NCBI GenBank assembly: GCA_963796105.1
Contig: CAWCKJ010000004.1
Span: 1,312,001-1,376,000, forward strand
Source of the DNA: a candidate division FCPU426 bacterium
Lineage (GTDB): Bacteria > Oederibacteriota > Muellerivitia > Muellerivitales > Muellerivitaceae
Direction of reading: 5' to 3'
Length of the DNA stretch: 64,000 nt
Part shown: piece after piece, positions 1 through 10,356 of the stretch
How the letters are laid out: each line of letters begins with the position of its first letter
Numbering within the stretch: position 1 is the first letter of the stretch
Position numbers and translations under genes: made by a program
The notes under the pieces: generated by a model
The model's database searches: none
What the model was told of the DNA's origin: nothing
Seen by the model: the letters and a program-made list of their open reading frames with translations, nothing else

Positions 1-1
1 A

Positions 2-925
2 ATCCTAGACGGCACTTTCCCGCGTATCCATAGCCTGACTTTGGTCCGGCACGGCAAACTTGTCTTGGATGAGTATTTCTTCGGATATGGCCCAGATGAC
101 ATTCATCCAGTCCAATCCATCACTAAGTCTGTTTTCTCCCTTCTTTTCGGCATGGCCCTGGAGCGGGGCTGGGTGAAGCCTGAGGACAAACTCTATGATT
201 TTTTTCCCGCATACCGGGAAAAGCCGGGATGGAACCAGGCAAAGGAGAGCATCACCTTATGGCACCTGCTTACCATGACCTCGGGCCTGGGTTGCGACGA
301 TTGGAAGGATTCCAAAAGCTGTTCCTGGGCCATGGTGGATTCGCCCGATTGGACGGACTTCATCCTTTCCAAGCCTCTCTCGAATGAGCCGGGGAAAAAA
401 TTCGCCTATTGCGGTGCCTGCCTGACGCCCCTTTCATCCCTGCTGGCCCGGAAAAGCGGAATGAGTGTCCCTGAATTCGCCCGGAAAAACCTTTTAGAAA
501 CCCTTCAAATCCACGGGGCTTCGTGGGTGACAGGCCCCAAGGCTGTCACTCCTGTTTCCTTCGGGTTGGCTCTGAAACCCCGGGATCTGGCCAAAATCGG
601 GTTATTGGTTTTGAATAAGGGGAAGTGGAACGGCCGGCAGATCGTTTCGGAAAAATGGGTCGAGGAAGCCACATCCACCCATGTTGCCAAGGACCAAACC
701 AATGGCAAGGCCGGTTACGGCTATCTCTGGTGGGAAAGCAGTGTCCGTATAAAGGGAAAAGACCACAGGATGGTTTACGCCTGGGGCGTCGGGGGGCAAT
801 ATTTATGGGTGGTGCCGGACCTGGACCTGGTTTGCGTTGCCACGGGAGGGAATTACAAGAGCGGCAAATTGGGAGCGAACGCCTTGAGGCTGTTCCAGGA
901 CTATATCCTGAAGGCGTTTAAGTAG
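2..925 (+). CDS. Serine hydrolase, beta-lactamase class C / AmpC-like family (5' partial)
   Basis: SxxK motif (QSITKS), LLTMTSG, PGxxFxY, GYGYLWW and AWGVGGQ motifs; frame is open to the window edge. Confidence 0.9.
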   Translation: MLDGTFPRIHSLTLVRHGKLVLDEYFFGYGPDDIHPVQSITKSVFSLLFGMALERGWVKPEDKLYDFFPAYREKPGWNQAKESITLWHLLTMTSGLGCDDWKDSKSCSWAMVDSPDWTDFILSKPLSNEPGKKFAYCGACLTPLSSLLARKSGMSVPEFARKNLLETLQIHGASWVTGPKAVTPVSFGLALKPRDLAKIGLLVLNKGKWNGRQIVSEKWVEEATSTHVAKDQTNGKAGYGYLWWESSVRIKGKDHRMVYAWGVGGQYLWVVPDLDLVCVATGGNYKSGKLGANALRLFQDYILKAFK

Positions 926-946
926 AAATTCTTACTAGCTGTCATT

Positions 947-1018
947 GTGCCGATCATCCATAAAGATAAAATGGAGATCGGTACCAGCCTCAACATCGGA
1001 CTAATGGATGGCCGGCAT
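947..1018. repeat. Double-hairpin intergenic repeat, copy 1
   Basis: GTGCCGATCaTCCATAAA..ATGGAGATCGGTAC followed by an inverted, imperfect second hairpin. Confidence 0.7.
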
Positions 1019-1187
1019 AAGTTCATTTAGTCTCCGAGTTTTAATGATTGAACGCTCGTGCGCTGATCCGCCTCACCCGCCTCGCGGGTAAAAAAAAAAA
1101 CACACTTATAAAAAGCCATAAAGCCTTTAGAATAAACGCTGGTTCCTTCCCTTTAACGGGTGCCGTGAATCAGCGGCCGATAATAGT

Positions 1188-4100
1188 TTGAAAAAAGGTT
1201 TTTATATGGTTCGGCTATCCCGAATTTCCTCGGACTCCCTCCGCCTGTTTTGTTTCGCTTTTTGCGTTGCCGCCCTTTTTTCGCCGGCCGTATCCCTTGC
1301 CGGCCCGCCCCGGGGGGTGGCGGGGGACCTTTGGGCGGACAAAATTCTCGGCCAATTCGATTTCAGCCAGATCCACGACAACGAGGTCGACGCCAAGAAC
1401 CTCAACAGCCCTACCAGCTCTTACGTGGATATCCTTCATAACATTCTTTACCTGTGGGACGCTGGCAACAACCGCCTCCTGGCCGTCCAAAACCTGAACA
1501 AAGCCTCGACCGGCCAGGGCGCGGACCTGGTCCTGGGACAACCTGATTTTGTACACGCGGGCTGCAACCGCGACTCGGGATGGCAGACCTTCGACTGGCG
1601 GACTTCCCCCAACGGTTTCTATAGCCCGCCCATCCTGCCAAGCGCCGCCTGCCTCTGCAGCCAGTTCTACATGAGCCAATCCCCAGGGGAGAATTCTAGC
1701 CAGGCCAACATGGCCTCCGACGCCCAGGGCAACCTCTACGTGCCCGATTACTACAACAACCGCGTACTTCGTTACAACTACCCCATCACCACCGAGGAAC
1801 CGGCCTCCTACGTTTGGGGACAGCTCGACTCGACCGGCACTCCGCGGTTCGATTTCCAGGCCTATAACAACAACGGCGCGAACGCCGCCGGGGGGCCCAC
1901 CAGCCTGAACCTGGGCTTTTTCAATAATCCCTACAGCGATGAACCCGCCAGCGCTGCCGCCGCAGGCGTTGCCATCGACGCCTGGGGCAACCTCTGGGTC
2001 ACGGACACCATGAACAACCGCGTCCTTCGTTTTCCCAACACCAGCTATCCCGCCGCCGGGGTTCCCTCGACCACGGCTGACGTGGTGCTGGGCCAGGCGA
2101 ATTTCACCTCCGACGTGCCCAACAACAATGTCTCCTCGCTCACCACCATCAACACGCCCAAGGCCGTCCGCGTGGACGTTTCGGGCAACGTGTACGTCTG
2201 CGAGCAGACGACCTACGGCCGAATTTCCTTCTTCACGCCCACCGGGTACACCGGCGCCGGCATGCCAATCTACGCTTTGACGTCGCCCTCCTACGAGTAT
2301 TCGGCCAGTTCCTCCAGCCAGCCCGACGGAATCGAGATCGACCCCACCCTCAACACCTCCACCCAGGTGGGGTTCTGGGTGATCGACCACGACCCGTACA
2401 ACAATTCGCTGGCCTACCACTACGAGGTGACCTGGCCTACATTCAGCATCACCACCCTGCAGACCCTTCACGTTCCGGAAGCCTTCTACGCGGGCGGGGT
2501 CGGCCCGACGGGGGATCTTTACCTGGCCAGTTACCGGGGCATGAGCCTGGAGCATTACCCCGCCGGGTCCTCCTCCCCGGATTCGCTGCAGGTCTTCGAG
2601 GCGCCGACTGGTTCGGCCGGCACCGCGAACCGCATCGGCGACTCGGGTTTGTACGGCGTGAGCAACGTCGTGCTGGCCTCGGCCCCAGGGTCGGGCGTCA
2701 CCCAGCTCATCGGGCCGGGCGGCATCGGCATCCATTTTTGGAATTTGCCGGCCAACGGCCCGGCCGGTTTTACCAACGGCCAGGTGGAGGACGGCTACGC
2801 CGGCACCAGCCAGCCCTACGTCTTCACTTCCACCGGGGGCTACGCGGACCAGTTGGCGGTGGACTCGTCCAATCAATACATTTGGTGCCTCGACGCTTTC
2901 CAGTACCCCTGGGGCCCCATGAGGGTCGACGCCTTCAGCCTGCCCCTTCCCCCGCCCACCTCCCCCGAGGTGAATCCGGCCTATAGGCTCCCATCGTTCC
3001 TTCCGGTCCTGGGAGGGTTCGCCCCAGTAAGCTGGACTAGGTTGACGGGAGTGGCGTCCGACGGCGCCGGAAACCTTTGGATCACCGATGAAATCTCCTC
3101 GAGAGTCATGAGGGTCCGGGACCCGATGGGCAAGGCGGGAGTGGGGCCCATCGTGGACGTCATCCTGGGCCAGCCTAATTCCACCGGCTCGAATTGCAAT
3201 GGAAACGGGCAATGGAACGGGAACGGAACCGTTCCCCCCGGTGCCTGCACCCTTATTGGCGGAGGCGGGAGCGCCGCCACCGGGGAAAGCTCCAATACCT
3301 TTTTTACCCCCAGTTGGCTCCAATTCGACCACCACGGCGATCTCTTTGTCTCCGACCATTACCTGGAAAACGTGGGCAACTACCGGCTGTTGAGGTTTGA
3401 CGCCAAGAGCCTTCCCGTCGGCAACGCGGCCTGCAGTTTTGCAATCCCGGCCGACGGGGTTTACGGCACGGGGGGGAGTTTTACCGTTCCCGGATCGAGT
3501 CCCTACAATAACGCCTATTGGGAGTGCGCCTTCAACTCGGATGACAGCGTCATGGTGGCGGGAACCGACAGCCAGTGGAGCGGGGGTTATCCCCCGGTGA
3601 TCATCCAAAATCCCAGGAACGGAATCATGCCAGCCGGTACGCCCGACATCCCGGGGTTGGGGGACAACTTGGCGGGGCACCTCAACGATTACGCCCCCCA
3701 GTCCTACGGCGTGGCTTTTGACGCGCAAGACAACCTCTACACGATTAACGGCAACCGGGGCGCCATCCTGGTTTATTACAAGCCATTCACCACTTACACG
3801 CCCACCCCCACGCCCACGATCACCCAAACGCCCGCCCCCACCGTGACCGGGACCCTGTCCCCCTCCCTGACACCCACGGTCTCTTCGACTTTCACCCCGA
3901 CCCCCACACCCACCCCCGCCTGCGGCGGCTGTTTGTCGCCGCAAGTGACCTACGGGTCGGGAACGCCGGGGTCAGGGAACGGCCAGCTGAACGGCAACTG
4001 CCAATTGGCCCTGGGAACGACCAACGGCACCGAGTGCGTTTATATCGCGGACATCAACAATAGCCGCGTCGACCAGTTCTACGCCGCCAGCGGGGCCTTC

Positions 4101-6473
4101 ATGGCCAGCTTCAACGGGGTGGACGCGGTCAGGAACCCCAACGGCTTGAGCTCTCCCTACGGGGTGGCCTTGAGCGGCGACGGGCGCTACCTGTTCGCGG
4201 CCAGCACCAACGGCGGCGAAGTGGTCAAGATGGACCTGAACAACAACGGCGCGGTCTCGGCGGTCATCGCGACCAGCCAGCCCTTATACCTCACCGTGGA
4301 CACGGCCGGGAACGGCGACCTCTACGTCGGCAACGGCACCGTCATCACCCGCTATCACGAGCAAACCCCCAACCAGTACGTGACCGTGGGATATTTGGGC
4401 ACGGCTGGCTCGCAAGGGTCGGGATCCAGCCAGTTTTTCGGATGCCTGGGGGTATGGGTCCAGAACGCCGGGAGCACGGTATATGTGGCGGACAGCCGAA
4501 ACGACCGGATCATGGAATGGACGTCCTCCAACGGCGGGGCTTCATACTCTTACGCCGCCACCGTCTATGCCGGCAACCTCAGTCCCGAACAGCTTGCCCC
4601 GGACCCCTCGAATCCCAACAGGGTTTATATGGCCACGACCTATAACGGGTACGCGATCCTGGATATGTCCACCTCGCCGATTTGGTCGGTGGTGTACCTG
4701 TGCGACCCGGAGGGCCAAAGCTACGTGACCGGCATCGGGGTGGATACGGCGTCGGTTTATTTTTCCTTGAACTACCTCGCCAAGGGGGATTCCTTCCCCA
4801 AGCCCTACACCTATTGCCTGACGCCCATTCCCGTTTCGACGGTGACCGCGACCCCCACGGCGACAGGGCCGACCGCTACGCCGACCCCCAGCCCGACCTC
4901 CCTCGCGGTGCTCTCCTGCGGCTCCAGCGGCCAATGGGCGGTTTCCGAGCCCTCGGGGCTCGCCTTGGACCCCTCCGGGAATATCTACCTGGTGGATGAT
5001 TCCACAAACCTCATCGACGTTTATTACCCGAACGGGACGCTGGATACCCATATCGGCGCCGGCCGTTTGACCGCCCCGTCGGCGGTGGCGGTGGACGGAA
5101 ACGGCGTGGTTTACGTCACGGACGAGACCTCCAGCGTCTACACCTCGGGCTCGGCCCAGTACCAGGTGGATGTGTTCAACAGCCTGGCCGGGACGAACCC
5201 CGGCGCCTTTTCCACCAGTTGGGGGACGGCCGCCAGCGGCACCGGGTTGTCGGTGGCGCCTGTGGGGATCGCGGTGAATTCGGCGGGAACCAGCGTCTAC
5301 GTGGCGGACCAGAACCTGAATCAAATCGAGGTTTACAACGGGATCGGGACGCTCCTCAACCATTGGGGAAGTTCGGGAGGGGATGGAAACGGAACGTTCG
5401 GCTATCCGGTGGGGGCGGCCTTGGACGCCTCAGGGAACGTCTATGTGGCGGATTGGTATACGAACCTGGTGCAGGTCTTCTCGCCCCAGGGCACGTGGCT
5501 CCGGCAGTGGGACGTGACCGCTGGGACCGGGCTCTTGGCGGCCCAATTCATTTCGGTTTACCAAAACTGCCTGGTTTACGTGACCGACGGTTTCGGGGAA
5601 GTGGGGGTCTTCGACACCAACGGCAACGCCTTGGGAACAGTGGTCCAAGGAGGGGGCGGGGAATTCATCGACACGGAGGGGGTTGCCGTCGCCTCCGCCG
5701 GGAACTGGTATGTCGCCGACTTGGGCGGGGAATTCGTCAGCGATTTTAACCCCTGCCCCGTGACCCAATGCCCCGCGGTTGATCCGACACCCACTCCTAC
5801 CCAGGCCCCTTCTCCCAGCGCCACCCCAACTCCAACAGCCACGGCTACCCCTACTCTTACGCCTACCCTGACGTCCACACCCAGCCCAACCTTAACGCCC
5901 ACGAATACGCCGACTCCGTCGGCTACGCTCACCGCTAGCGCGACAGCCTCCCAGACCCCAACAGAATCATTAACACTAACTGGGACGCCTACCACGACGC
6001 CAACGCCGACCCCCACGAACACGTCCACACCGACTGTGACGGCCTCGAATACGCCTACGGCCACACCCACCGTCACTTCGACTCAAACCCCGACTTTTAC
6101 CTTAACTCCTTCTTTTACTTGGATTCCCACGATAACGCTTACGCCGACAATCCCATGGACGGCGACTAGCACTCCAGCTTCGGCGAACGTGGTGATCGGC
6201 TTGCCTTATCCCAACCCCGTTTGGGACTCGGGGCCTGTTTCCTTTAACGTCCAGGGTCCCCCAGGCACCGTCTTCACTTGTGACGTATTCACCACGGCGT
6301 TCCGGAAGATTGCGGGCTCCACACAGATGGTATCCGGGTACGATACGCTCCACTGGGATTTGAAGGATATGGACGGCGCCCCCGTGGCCGACGGGCTTTA
6401 TTACCTCCGGGTGAAGGCTGTAGCGGGCGGATCCACGACGGTAAAAATCCTAAAGGTCCTGGTTTTCCGCTAA
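1188..6473 (+). CDS. Large secreted NHL-repeat protein with Thr-Pro linkers and a C-terminal FlgD-Ig/T9SS-like sorting domain
   Basis: Signal peptide; many GVAVDxxGNxYVxD repeats; (TP)n tracts; C-terminal PYPNP...WDLKD..G.PVADGLYY; start may be ATG 1206. Confidence 0.85.
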   Translation: MKKGFYMVRLSRISSDSLRLFCFAFCVAALFSPAVSLAGPPRGVAGDLWADKILGQFDFSQIHDNEVDAKNLNSPTSSYVDILHNILYLWDAGNNRLLAVQNLNKASTGQGADLVLGQPDFVHAGCNRDSGWQTFDWRTSPNGFYSPPILPSAACLCSQFYMSQSPGENSSQANMASDAQGNLYVPDYYNNRVLRYNYPITTEEPASYVWGQLDSTGTPRFDFQAYNNNGANAAGGPTSLNLGFFNNPYSDEPASAAAAGVAIDAWGNLWVTDTMNNRVLRFPNTSYPAAGVPSTTADVVLGQANFTSDVPNNNVSSLTTINTPKAVRVDVSGNVYVCEQTTYGRISFFTPTGYTGAGMPIYALTSPSYEYSASSSSQPDGIEIDPTLNTSTQVGFWVIDHDPYNNSLAYHYEVTWPTFSITTLQTLHVPEAFYAGGVGPTGDLYLASYRGMSLEHYPAGSSSPDSLQVFEAPTGSAGTANRIGDSGLYGVSNVVLASAPGSGVTQLIGPGGIGIHFWNLPANGPAGFTNGQVEDGYAGTSQPYVFTSTGGYADQLAVDSSNQYIWCLDAFQYPWGPMRVDAFSLPLPPPTSPEVNPAYRLPSFLPVLGGFAPVSWTRLTGVASDGAGNLWITDEISSRVMRVRDPMGKAGVGPIVDVILGQPNSTGSNCNGNGQWNGNGTVPPGACTLIGGGGSAATGESSNTFFTPSWLQFDHHGDLFVSDHYLENVGNYRLLRFDAKSLPVGNAACSFAIPADGVYGTGGSFTVPGSSPYNNAYWECAFNSDDSVMVAGTDSQWSGGYPPVIIQNPRNGIMPAGTPDIPGLGDNLAGHLNDYAPQSYGVAFDAQDNLYTINGNRGAILVYYKPFTTYTPTPTPTITQTPAPTVTGTLSPSLTPTVSSTFTPTPTPTPACGGCLSPQVTYGSGTPGSGNGQLNGNCQLALGTTNGTECVYIADINNSRVDQFYAASGAFMASFNGVDAVRNPNGLSSPYGVALSGDGRYLFAASTNGGEVVKMDLNNNGAVSAVIATSQPLYLTVDTAGNGDLYVGNGTVITRYHEQTPNQYVTVGYLGTAGSQGSGSSQFFGCLGVWVQNAGSTVYVADSRNDRIMEWTSSNGGASYSYAATVYAGNLSPEQLAPDPSNPNRVYMATTYNGYAILDMSTSPIWSVVYLCDPEGQSYVTGIGVDTASVYFSLNYLAKGDSFPKPYTYCLTPIPVSTVTATPTATGPTATPTPSPTSLAVLSCGSSGQWAVSEPSGLALDPSGNIYLVDDSTNLIDVYYPNGTLDTHIGAGRLTAPSAVAVDGNGVVYVTDETSSVYTSGSAQYQVDVFNSLAGTNPGAFSTSWGTAASGTGLSVAPVGIAVNSAGTSVYVADQNLNQIEVYNGIGTLLNHWGSSGGDGNGTFGYPVGAALDASGNVYVADWYTNLVQVFSPQGTWLRQWDVTAGTGLLAAQFISVYQNCLVYVTDGFGEVGVFDTNGNALGTVVQGGGGEFIDTEGVAVASAGNWYVADLGGEFVSDFNPCPVTQCPAVDPTPTPTQAPSPSATPTPTATATPTLTPTLTSTPSPTLTPTNTPTPSATLTASATASQTPTESLTLTGTPTTTPTPTPTNTSTPTVTASNTPTATPTVTSTQTPTFTLTPSFTWIPTITLTPTIPWTATSTPASANVVIGLPYPNPVWDSGPVSFNVQGPPGTVFTCDVFTTAFRKIAGSTQMVSGYDTLHWDLKDMDGAPVADGLYYLRVKAVAGGSTTVKILKVLVFR

Positions 6474-6752
6474 ACCCAGATCAGATGGCACGACGGTATT
6501 TAGCGGGTTGGAACAATCACCCTGAAGCGGCACAATCCCCGAAAAAGGCCTGATTACTTAGTTTAGGAAAACGGTGCCCTAATCCTGAACTCCCAATTGT
6601 GGATAATTCGAGAGCCTCAATACAGGCTCTGCCGATACCACCAACTGGAGCCTGCGGTGAGGACATTCGGCTGAGCCACCCACACCGTCAAAGAACTCCA
6701 TAAAAAGTGCCATCCAAGGGAGATGGAAGCGAGTTAGAAGTTGTTTCACGGG

Positions 6753-6803
6753 GTTTACAATAATTGGCTTAAATGTTTACAACTTATTTTATAAGGTTTA
6801 CAA
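6753..6803 (+). promoter_or_regulatory. Three phased GTTTACAA direct repeats, putative operator
   Basis: Copies at 6753, 6775 and 6796 (22/21-bp spacing) directly upstream of a wHTH-containing gene. Confidence 0.55.
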
Positions 6804-6811
6804 TCTTATCC

Positions 6812-7855
6812 ATGGACCACAGCCCGCATAAAACACGAAGAATGGAAATACGCCAATTCATTGTCGCGAAGGTGCGCGAAAACGCGGCTCACTTGACGGA
6901 AACGGTCAAAAACAATTTTAAAATCAGCCGGCAAGCGGCATTCAAACACGTAAACACCTTAGTGAAAGAAGGCTACCTGAACGCTAAGGGTAAGACTAAT
7001 AACCGTACTTATGAGCTGGGCGCGAAAAGATTTTTACGCTTTAAGACGCTTATCGATTCTTCGGCGAGTGAGGACCTGATATGGTCGAAGAATTGTTCGC
7101 CTCTTTTTCAAGGACTCAAAAACAATGTCCTTCATATTTGCGAATATGGAGTAACTGAAATGATTAATAACGCCATAGATCATTCGGAAGGCAAACACCT
7201 GGAAGTTATTGTTGAAATCAGTCCAAAGGAAATATTGATCCGGGTTAATGACGATGGAATCGGGATATTTAATAAAATACAAAGGGAACTGAAGCTGCCG
7301 GACCCAAAACTCTCGATACTCGAACTGGCAAAAGGGAAATATACGACTGATCCTAAAAGGCACTCGGGTGAAGGCGTGTTTTTTACCTCGAAAATATTCG
7401 ATTATTTTATGATCCAATCAGAGGGGTTGGTTTTTTCGCATGGGATAAATATAAAGTTTGACGCCTTATTGAACGTTGAAGACGCGGGAAAAAACGGAAC
7501 CCATGTCACTATGGTCCTGGACCCGCTCACGAGAAGGACCACCAAAGCGGTTTTTGATGAATTTACCGATAAAAACCTTACATTTGATAAAACGATTGTG
7601 CCTGTTGAATTGGCGAAATTCGAGGAGGGAAATTTGGTATCACGGTCCCAAGGAAAAAGACTTGTGGCTAGGTTCGAAAAATTTAAAAATGTGATACTCG
7701 ATTTTAAAAATGTTAATACCATTGGCAGGCCGTTTGCTGACGAGGTTTTTAGGGTGTTCCCAAGCGAGCATAAAAATACCCATTTGATGCCCGTAAACGC
7801 CAATAAAGGGATTTTGGATACGATAAAGTCCATGCAAAGTGGAAATGCCATTTAA
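6812..7855 (+). CDS. wHTH + HATPase_c + STAS-like (DUF4325) protein
   Basis: N-terminal HTH (ISRQAAFKHVNTLVKEG), EMINNAIDHS, DDGIGI, HSGEGVFFTS, SRSQGKRL, FADEVFRV. Confidence 0.85.
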   Translation: MDHSPHKTRRMEIRQFIVAKVRENAAHLTETVKNNFKISRQAAFKHVNTLVKEGYLNAKGKTNNRTYELGAKRFLRFKTLIDSSASEDLIWSKNCSPLFQGLKNNVLHICEYGVTEMINNAIDHSEGKHLEVIVEISPKEILIRVNDDGIGIFNKIQRELKLPDPKLSILELAKGKYTTDPKRHSGEGVFFTSKIFDYFMIQSEGLVFSHGINIKFDALLNVEDAGKNGTHVTMVLDPLTRRTTKAVFDEFTDKNLTFDKTIVPVELAKFEEGNLVSRSQGKRLVARFEKFKNVILDFKNVNTIGRPFADEVFRVFPSEHKNTHLMPVNANKGILDTIKSMQSGNAI

Positions 7856-7980
7856 AGGCTTGTTGTTAAGCTGATAATCACACCTAAATTCAGAATTCAA
7901 AACTCAAAATTTAACATTTGTTTTCAGGATGTCCTCAGGTTCCAAGCCTGTCTCCCGAAGCTTAATGCGTAGGGAGGGCA

Positions 7981-8250
7981 AGTTCCGGAGTTCTGGGCCT
8001 GTTCTCGGGTTCCCGCCTAGTTCCCGGGTTCCGGGGTTCCGGGCTAGTTCTCGGGTTCCCGGCCAGTTCCTGTCACACAATAACCCAGTTCCAGAAGCGC
8101 CAACCCAGTTCCCGGCACCCGGTAACCCACTCCAGGGCGCTAACCCAGTTCCCGGCACCCGGTAACCCAGTTCCGGGAGCACCAACCCAATTCCCTAGAC
8201 TCGGTAACCCAGTTCCGGAAGCGCCAACCCAGTTCCCGGGTTCCGGGGTT
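7981..8250 (+). repeat. Tandem repeat block A (GTTCC(C)GG; AACCCAGTTCC x8)
   Basis: AACCCA cores at 8082, 8102, 8124, 8142, 8164, 8184, 8206, 8226. Confidence 0.85.
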
Positions 8251-8442
8251 CTATGGTCATGAGGACGGCGCCTATGAACATTTTGGGGTCCTCTATGGTC
8301 ATGAGGCCGGGGTCCTATGAACATGGCCGATTCTCCTATGATCATGGGGCCGGAGTCCTATGAACATGGCCGGACCTCCTATGGTCATTTTGCCGAGTCC
8401 TATGAACATGGCGGGTTTTTAGGCTGGCCGCCTATGGTCATG
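8251..8442 (+). repeat. Tandem repeat block B (CTATGRWCAT x9, ~21-bp period)
   Basis: Cores at 8251, 8272, 8293, 8315, 8336, 8358, 8379, 8400, 8432. Confidence 0.85.
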
Positions 8443-8512
8443 GCACGATTGGCACAATCCAGGATCGCCGTTGGCACAATAACTGGTGTGCGCCCCAAAC
8501 CTTGGACAGTTT

Positions 8513-9349
8513 TTACTCCAAGTTGAGAATAGGTTTTCCGGCGATTGGTTTGAGTGACTTTAAAGCCTCGAACTCCTCAGGCGGCATGTAGCCGATAGAA
8601 GAATGCAACCGTTTTTTGTTATACACCTCCTCGATGAAGTATGGAAGTCTTTGAAGCACTTCCTGATAAGTTTCGTAATTGAATAGATGCACCTCCTCAT
8701 ATTTCAAGGTTTTGAAAAAGGATTCCGCATTTGCATTGTCGTAAGGGTTGCCTGTCCTGGACATGCTGATCCTTAATCCTTTGGACTCAAGCAGGGCCAC
8801 GTAATCCCAGCAGGCATATTGCACCCCTCTGTCTGAATGGTGGATGCATCCCGGAAGAGGATTCCTTTCCTCTAAAGCCATGCGTAAAGCCGAAAGCGAC
8901 AACTCCCGATCCAGTCTCTTGGAAACCGCCCACCCGATCACCTTTCTGGAAAAACGATCCAGAATGGCCGCCAGATAAACAAAGCAAGTGAGGATTCGGA
9001 TATAGGTAATATCCGCCACCCACACTTGATTGACAGCAGTTTCTGCCACCCTTTCCAAGAGGTTGGGGAACACCGGCAGGTCGTGATTGGATTGGGTGGT
9101 TTGGATCTTGAACCTTTTCCCCCAAATAATAGGGTAAAGACCGTATTTCCTTACCACCCGCCGAATCCGTTTGGCGTTAATCCTTAATCCCTCCCGTAAA
9201 AAGTGGTGGTAGAGCCTCCGATAGCCGTAGTAGGGGAAGGTCAATCTCACCTGCTCGATTCGGTTCTTTAAGTCCAAATCTCTTTGTTCCTGAATCTCCG
9301 GTTCACTTTTAAGTGCAGAATAATAGGTACTTCGAGGAAGCCCCATCAT
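8513..9349 (-). CDS. IS3 transposase OrfB (DDE integrase core)
   Basis: WVADITY, HHSDRGVQY, DNANAESFFKTLKYE, YNxxRxHSSIGY. Confidence 0.95.
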   Translation of the reverse strand: MMGLPRSTYYSALKSEPEIQEQRDLDLKNRIEQVRLTFPYYGYRRLYHHFLREGLRINAKRIRRVVRKYGLYPIIWGKRFKIQTTQSNHDLPVFPNLLERVAETAVNQVWVADITYIRILTCFVYLAAILDRFSRKVIGWAVSKRLDRELSLSALRMALEERNPLPGCIHHSDRGVQYACWDYVALLESKGLRISMSRTGNPYDNANAESFFKTLKYEEVHLFNYETYQEVLQRLPYFIEEVYNKKRLHSSIGYMPPEEFEALKSLKPIAGKPILNLE

Positions 9350-9693
9350 TTGGCATCCTCTTGAAATTGAGCCAAATTCCTTGAGGTGATCACGGAGGTA
9401 TCGAGCTTTCTCTGGTTTTCCGCGTATTTTTGGAATTTTTTTAAAAGGTCTATCGCCATGATCAATTCCCCAATCTTGGCTTTGAGTTTCTCATTCTCTT
9501 TTTCCAATATTTTTTCGTGAAGGGAAGGTTTTTCAACCAAGGTTCCTTGGCGATATTTATCGCGCCAACGGGTTATAACGCTTGGATTGAGCTGGTATTG
9601 ACGAGCAGCTTCATTGAGCGATAGGCCAGTTTCTACCTCGTGGACGACTTGTTCTTTGAAATCAATACTGAACTTCCGTCTTATTTTACCCAT
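9346..9693 (-). CDS. IS3 transposase OrfA (HTH)
   Basis: RRKFSIDFK..V, HTH and coiled coil; ATGA overlap with orfB; A7 slippery run at 9436-9442. Confidence 0.92.
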   Translation of the reverse strand: MGKIRRKFSIDFKEQVVHEVETGLSLNEAARQYQLNPSVITRWRDKYRQGTLVEKPSLHEKILEKENEKLKAKIGELIMAIDLLKKFQKYAENQRKLDTSVITSRNLAQFQEDAK

Positions 9694-9839
9694 TTGGAAA
9701 TGCTCCTTTGGGGGGTTACCCCTTGAGCCGTTTCCCTATTCTCTATTTTTTGCTTCAACTGTCCAACTTGTAGGGCGCGTTCCAAACCTGGGATAAACCG
9801 CCCACATTCCTGCCCGCAGGTTTCGGGATTTGACGGTTT

Positions 9840-10028
9840 GGCTCAATCGCTCCGAAGTGGCACAATCCCCAAAAAGTGGCACAATCGGACAAATAAGCTG
9901 GTGTCAGATAAAACTGTGGTTTTATTGGTGTTTTTAACAAACCGTTTTTGATTGTGCCACCCGATTGTGCCAATTGTGCCACTCGGTTTTACCGGGTTTG
10001 GCACAATCGCCCCGAAGTGGCACAATCC
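9840..10028. repeat. Repeat block C (TGGCACAATC, direct and inverted copies)
   Basis: Direct copies at 9859, 9878, 10000, 10019; inverted copies ~9950-9980; further copies at 8442-8480 and ~6529. Confidence 0.8.
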
Positions 10029-10066
10029 GGCTCCGTGGAAAATGAGGATAAACCGCCCACATTTCC

Positions 10067-10321
10067 ACCGGTAACCCGGGATAACCTGGTGACAGCTACG
10101 GTATTTCCGTCGGCAACCTAGGATAACCTGGTGACACCTTTCGGCATTTTCGCCGGTAAGCCGGGATAACCTGGTGACACCTACCGGTATTTCCGCCGGT
10201 AAGCCGGGATAACCTGGTGACAGCTACCGGCATTTTCGTCGGTAAGCCGGGATAACCTGGTGACACCTACCGGCATTTTCGTCGGTAAGCCAGGATAACC
10301 TGGTGACACCTACCGGCATGG
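10067..10321 (+). repeat. Tandem repeat block D (6 x 42-43 bp, GGATAACCTGGTGACA core)
   Basis: Cores at 10079, 10121, 10164, 10207, 10250, 10293. Confidence 0.95.
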
Positions 10322-10356
10322 GAGGATAAACCGCCCACATTTCCGGCGACATTAGG

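Larger units (their letters stand above)
8484..9784 (-). mobile_element. IS3-family insertion sequence, complete
   Basis: 27-bp imperfect IRs TGGTGTGCGCCCCAAACCTTGGACAGT / TGGAACGCGCCCTACAAGTTGGACAGT; 3-bp target duplication AAC (8481-8483, 9785-9787). Confidence 0.95.

Noticed and set aside
1215..3944. 909-aa minus-strand ORF and similar long antisense ORFs (4542-5363, 30848-31627, 37296-38192, 55523-56314)
   Set aside because: Shadow frames of GC-rich real genes with no recognisable motifs
3968..3978. GGGGTCAG matches inside genes (also ~19576 and ~60532) as RAYT ends
   Set aside because: They lie inside intact ORFs and the similarity does not extend
7904..8526. Short repetitive ORFs across the repeat blocks (also 9755-10608)
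   Set aside because: Irregular unit lengths, many not multiples of three, and no RBS; by-products of the repeats
10067..10321. CRISPR array
   Set aside because: The intervening sequences are near-identical rather than unique spacers; this is a tandem repeat
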